A stretch of 63,041 nt of DNA, counting the filler, from Folioceros fuciformis (lineage: Eukaryota), in NCBI GenBank assembly GCA_049999805.1. It is 32 parts of 32 records of this genome, joined end to end, with 100 filler letters (N's around TTAATTAATTAA, not from the genome) between each part and the next. Parts side by side here need not be neighbours in the genome. Positions count along the whole stretch, not along the records: positions 58,388 to 60,282 come from JBNGIO010003797.1; positions 60,383 to 61,579 come from JBNGIO010003798.1; positions 61,680 to 63,041 come from JBNGIO010003799.1; 29 more parts are not named here. One strand, written 5' to 3'. Below, one piece after another: positions 58,388 through 63,041 of this stretch (its first letter is position 1; every line of letters begins with the position of its first letter). The position numbers and the translations under genes were made by a program. The notes under the pieces were generated by a model that saw nothing but the letters and a program-made list of their open reading frames with translations, made no database searches and was not told the DNA's origin.

Positions 58388-60136
58388 TGCCTTAGCCATT
58401 TCCTGTTGCAACTCCAGGTTAGCCTCGTGAGCCTCCCTCACCTGAGCTAGCAGGGCCCCCTGTTGTTCCTTCAGCGCCTGCACTTCAGCCCTCGCCTCGC
58501 GCGCCTCTTCTTCGGCTTGAGCCTTCTCCCTGTCCAGGACCCGTTGCTTCTCCTCCAGCAGTTGCCGCACTGTCTTCGACTCCGCCAGTTGCCTCCTTAC
58601 TTCAACCTCTTGCTCACGAGCCTCCTTCTCCTTTCCTCAAGTCTCGGTTTCTCGCTCCGCTTGTACACTTAACCAGGTCAGGGCCCTAGTAGCCTGATCT
58701 AGGAGGTCTGCTTGGGCTTGCACCATCGCAGCAGTCAGCCCGGGCAGGTCCACNNNNNNNNNNNNNNNNNNNNNNNNNNNNNNNNNNNNNNNNNNNNNNN
58801 NNNNNNNNNNNNNNNNNNNNNNNNNNNNNNNNNNNNNNNNNNNNNNNNNNNNNTCTGCTTGGGCTTGCACCATCGCAGCAGTCAGCCCGGGCAGGTCCAC
58901 CTCCTGCACCCCTCCGGTGCCCATTCCTCTTGCCGTGATTTGTCTGCCCAGGAATTCTCGAAACTTGTCCAGGTCCCCCACCTGCAACCTGTCTCTCTGA
59001 GGCCTGCACCTGAAAATGTCCTCCCACCCTGAGAAACCCTCTTGTGCTGAAACGCGCCCTAACTTATCCTCCTGTCTGGAGGAAACTGTGTCCACTGCCA
59101 TCACCTGATCCTGTGGCCCCTCGGGTCTTGTCTCACCCTGACCTTACTCCTCCAACCTTCGGTCCTCAATTCCCTGGACTGCTGGTTCTCGTCCTCCCTC
59201 CTGCTGGCCCTTCTACTCCAGGGTTGCCCCCTCTTCCTCCTGATCAGCCCCCATGCTCACACTTTGTCCTCTGGCTCTTTTCCTCTTGACAGGAGTCTTC
59301 TTCTGTAGCACCATCCTCTTCCTGGGCTTGACTGGAGTTTCCTCCTGTGAGCTATTTCCACTGTCAGCTTCCCAACTGCTGGAGGCAGCCCTTGCTGGCT
59401 CAGCGGGCTTCCACTTCACATCGCGAACTGGCTTCCACAGGTGCAGCGAGGCCAGCATTTCTAACTCAATGAGTAGGTCAGCGTAACTGTACACATGGAT
59501 TAGGAACGGGGAAATCATAGAAGGTTCAAGATTGGGTCGGATCAGGTTCTGCCTCTCCTCATCCATTCGGACATATAAAATCCGCCCCCAGTCGATCCTG
59601 GTACCCTTCACTACTTCATGCACAAACAGGAGCATCTGGACGGACAGATAATCCTGTTTACGCACCCAGAAGAAGCTCAGGAACCACCTGGCCAATCCCA
59701 ACAACTGGGAACTTGCCATGTCGCGCACCAGCCACCCGTTCGCTTCCTCTTTCATGCCTGCCTTGAGCAACGTTTCCGCGGCTCCCGTCCCGCCACGCTT
59801 CTTCAGGGACTCCAGCACCAGTCCCCCCTCCTCCTGTTGGTCGCGCCCGTATACCTTCCTAATCAACTCTAGGCTCCATTCCTGGGGTCTGCCTCTGATC
59901 CCCTCCTCGCGTACAGGCTCTATCAGCCTCAGGGCGCACTCCCTGACCAGCTGGGGTGCTGCATGGTTCCACTTCTGGGTCATAAAGCTCAGACCCCGCT
60001 CTGCCACCAACTTCCTTGCCATGACCCTCTAGTGCTCCATATTGGGCCACAGGAGTAGGTCAATTCGGGGGACAGGAGGCCCCCCCTCCTGTCCAGAGGC
60101 TGCTGCTCCAAGGATCAGTTCAGGCCGCGCCCTCAT
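58388..60136 (-). pseudogene. Most complete copy of the accessory ORF: globular N-domain, basic/acidic linker, middle domain, coiled coil
   Basis: ATG at 60136; one frameshift and a few stops, mostly explicable as C>T; continues through track ORFs 59213-60022, 58637-59104 and 58340-58570. Confidence 0.8.
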
Positions 60137-60382
60137 CTTGCCTGTCCTCCTCCTCTCACACCTTGCGCCATCTCTCCCATCGTCCTAGCGCTTTCCCCTC
60201 TTTCAGCCGCTTCACGCTTCAAGTTACTCCCGCTTCCCGTACTTTCGGATGCTGGACAGAGCTCCCCTTTCTCTAGGGTTTTNNNNNNNNNNNNNNNNNN
60301 NNNNNNNNNNNNNNNNNNNNNNNNNNTTAATTAATTAANNNNNNNNNNNNNNNNNNNNNNNNNNNNNNNNNNNNNNNNNNNN

Positions 60383-61579
60383 CGGCGCCTGCACCGGAAA
60401 TAATTAGTTAGGGTTTGGGGTGGGACCCACCACGGAGGTAGCTGAAGCGGCTACCAGTAGTTGAAGGGTTGGTAGTTGTAGAGACCCTCACCCCAGTAGC
60501 CGAGTAGGTCTATCAGGTAGTCCAGGGACAGAGGTAGGGGTAGTTGAACCCGTAGGTAGTGGAGCTGGGGTAGTTGAAGTTCAACCTAGGTAGTAACTTA
60601 CTTTTAGAAGAAACCTGTGTTATTTGACACAAATCATTCCCTTGGGATCGAATCCCAGTGCTATAACGACAAAGAGGGTTTGTGTGGACCTCGCAGCACC
60701 CCCGGGTGCAATATTTTCCCCCACATTTTGGCGCCGTTGCCGGGGAATGTATTGCTGTGAAGAACATAGCTAGGAGTAACTAACACCTGAATAGAGAGTC
60801 TAGAGTAGCCTGAATAGAGAGTCTAGGTAGTGATAGGTNNNNNNNNNNNNNNNNNNNNNNNNNNNNNNNNNNNNNNNNNNNNNNNNNNNNNNNNNNNNNN
60901 NNNNNNNNNNNNNNNNNNNNNNNNNNNNNNNNNNNNNNTGCTATAACGACAAAGAGGGTTTGTGTGGACCTCGCAGCACCCCCGGGTGCAATATTTTCCC
61001 CCACATTTTGGCGCCGTTGCCGGGGAATGAACTGCTGTCAAGAACATAGGTAGGAGTGACTACCCTTTGGATAGAGAGCCTAGGTAGTGATAGGTTGATA
61101 GCTGCCTCGCATGAAGACCAGGGACTCTAAGCCTGATCCTACAGAACTACCATTGGTGAACGGCAACACCAAGCAGCGAAGAGGTTGCAGAGGGTCGCCA
61201 GAAGGTCGTAGTGGGAGAGCACACCTGCTGGATGAGGAAGAAGGACAAGGAGTCAGCCTGGAGCTGAAGGTCAGATTTCATTTAAGCCAAATCTGCAACT
61301 TTCGGGTTTGGAGGAGGTATCTGGGCCCGGGTACCCCAATCCAAGCCCGTTGGTTGATCTCCATTCCAGGGTGCCTCGCTCAACTTCAGTCCAGACACAT
61401 TTTGTGGAAGTCAGTTCAGGTGCGGTAGTTGTATCGGCTACCACGGTTGCTGAAAGGACTACCGCGGTAGCTATGACTACTACTGTAACCACTAAGCAGC
61501 CTTACCCACTGTATGGGGATGGGAAGGGTTATGAGGATCCTGACGACTTTGTTGAGCATTTTGAGCAGTTGACCATTGC
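60383..61579 (+). mobile_element. gag: Athila-like element 5' region: LTR end ...TTTTCCCCCACA, tRNA-Asp PBS (60729-60746 and 61009-61026), degenerate gag start
   Basis: TGGCGCCGTTGCCGGGGA is complementary to the plant tRNA-Asp 3' end; YPLYGDGKGYEDPDDFVEHFE is gag-like. Confidence 0.85.
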
Positions 61580-61679
61580 NNNNNNNNNNNNNNNNNNNNN
61601 NNNNNNNNNNNNNNNNNNNNNNNTTAATTAATTAANNNNNNNNNNNNNNNNNNNNNNNNNNNNNNNNNNNNNNNNNNNN

Positions 61680-63041
61680 GGGCAAGTCCACCTCCTGCAC
61701 CCCTCCAGTGCCCATTCCTCTCGCCGTGATTTGTCTACCCAGGAGTTCTCGCAACTTGTCCAGGTCCCCCACCTGCAACCTGTCTCTCTGAGGCCTGCAC
61801 CTGAAAATGTCCTCCCACCCTGAAAAACCCTCCTATGCTGTAACGCGCCCTAACTTATCCTCCTGTTTGGAGGAAACTGTGTCGGCTGTCATCACCTGAT
61901 CCCGGGCTCCTCGAGTCTTGTCTCACCCTGACCTTGTTCCTCCAACCATCGGTCCTCGATTCCCTGGACAGCTGGTTCTCGTTCTTCCTCCTGCTGGCCT
62001 GTCTGCTCCAGGGCTATCCCCCCTTCCTCCTGATCAGCCCCCATGCTCACACTTGGTCCTCTGATCCTTTTCCTCCTCGTGGGAGCCTTCTTTTGTGGGG
62101 CCATCCTCTTCCTGGGCTTGGCTGGGGTTTCCTCCTGCGAGCTATCCCCACTGTCAGCTTCCCAACTGCTAGAGGCAGCCCTTACTNNNNNNNNNNNNNN
62201 NNNNNNNNNNNNNNNNNNNNNNNNNNNNNNNNNNNNNNNNNNNNNNNNNNNNNNNNNNNNNNNNNNNNNNNNNNNNNNNNNNNNNNTGATCAGCCCCCAT
62301 GCTCACACTTGGTCCTCTGATCCTTTTCCTCCTCGTGGGAGCCTTCTTTTGTGGGGCCATCCTCTTCCTGGGCTTGGCTGGGGTTTCCTCCTGCGTGCTA
62401 TCCCCACTGTCAGCTTCCCAACTGCTAGAGGCAGCCCTTACTGTCTCAGCGGGCTTCCACTTCACATCATGAACTGGCTTCCACAGGTGCAGCGAGGCCA
62501 GCCTTTCTAGCTCAGTGACCACGTTAGCATAACTGTACACGTGGATTAGAAACGGGGAAATCATAGAAGGTTCAGGGGTGGGTCGGATCAGGTTCTGCCT
62601 CTCCTCATCCATCCGGGTGTATAAAATCCTTCCCCAGTCGATCTTGGTGCCCTTCACTACTTCATACACAAACAGGAGCATCTGATCGAACAGATAATCC
62701 TGTTTGCGTACCCGGAAGAAGCTCAGGACCCACCTGACCAATCCCAATAGCTGGAGACTTGCCATGTCGCGCACCAGCCACCCGTTCGCTTCCTTTCTCG
62801 TGCCTGCCTTGAGCAGTGTTTCCGCCGCTTCCGTTCCGCCACGCCTCTTTAGGGACTCCAGCACCAGCCCCCCTTCCTCCTGTTGGTCGCGCCCGTACAC
62901 CCTCCTGACCAACTCCAAGTTCCATTCCTGGGGTCTGCCTCTGATCCCCTCCTCGTGTACGGGCTCTATCAGCCTCAGGGCGCACTCCCTGACCAGCTGA
63001 GGTGCTGCATGGTTCCACTTCTGGGTCATAAAAGTCAGACC
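61680..63041 (-). pseudogene. Further accessory ORF copy; 62287-63041 is an uninterrupted frame
   Basis: MTQKWNHAAPQLVRECALRL...KIDWGRILYTRMDEERQNL...PRKRMAPQKKAPTRRKRIR; the two sides of the gap overlap by ~155 bp. Confidence 0.85.

Noticed and set aside
60729-60746. tRNA gene
   Set aside because: Only the 18-nt complement of the tRNA-Asp 3' end including CCA, directly after an LTR end: a PBS.
62031-62441. Internal repeat in the accessory protein (also 58753/58854 and 14961/15110 regions)
   Set aside because: Contig-end overlaps flanking 100-N gaps, not real duplications.

Overview
This is not one contiguous locus. It is 32 short unplaced scaffolds joined by 31 artificial 100-nt spacers (N44-TTAATTAATTAA-N44, a stop in all six frames), with internal 100-N and 10-N gaps. 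Adjacency means something only inside a scaffold. Most of the DNA is from a land plant, probably a non-seed plant (inferred from gene content and short introns). It is dominated by decayed Ty1/Copia and Athila-like Ty3/Gypsy fragments, LTRs, pogo-like transposon ends and minisatellites. One scaffold (28526-38476) is a compact gene island of five genes: FLU (intronless CDS), a 5-exon DUF1824-like plastid protein, a PLS-E+ PPR protein, a 3-exon membrane protein and a 4-exon PAR1-family protein. Two kinds of foreign DNA are present: five scaffolds (9235-15709) with an extreme fungal RIP signature, and one bacterial RTX/Ca-binding repeat gene fragment (21850-22881). The best novelty candidates are retroelement accessory genes. 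(1) A Copia lineage with short TG...TA LTRs carries an extra 180-aa basic/Cys-His/coiled-coil ORF between the PBS and gag, and its start and spacing are conserved in a diverged relative elsewhere in the window. (2) A multi-copy ORF of about 600 aa or more (globular domain, NLS-like linker, coiled coil) begins about 0.6 kb inside a TGTGAAC element terminus, possibly inside a giant LTR. No database searches were run; family assignments are from motif recognition.
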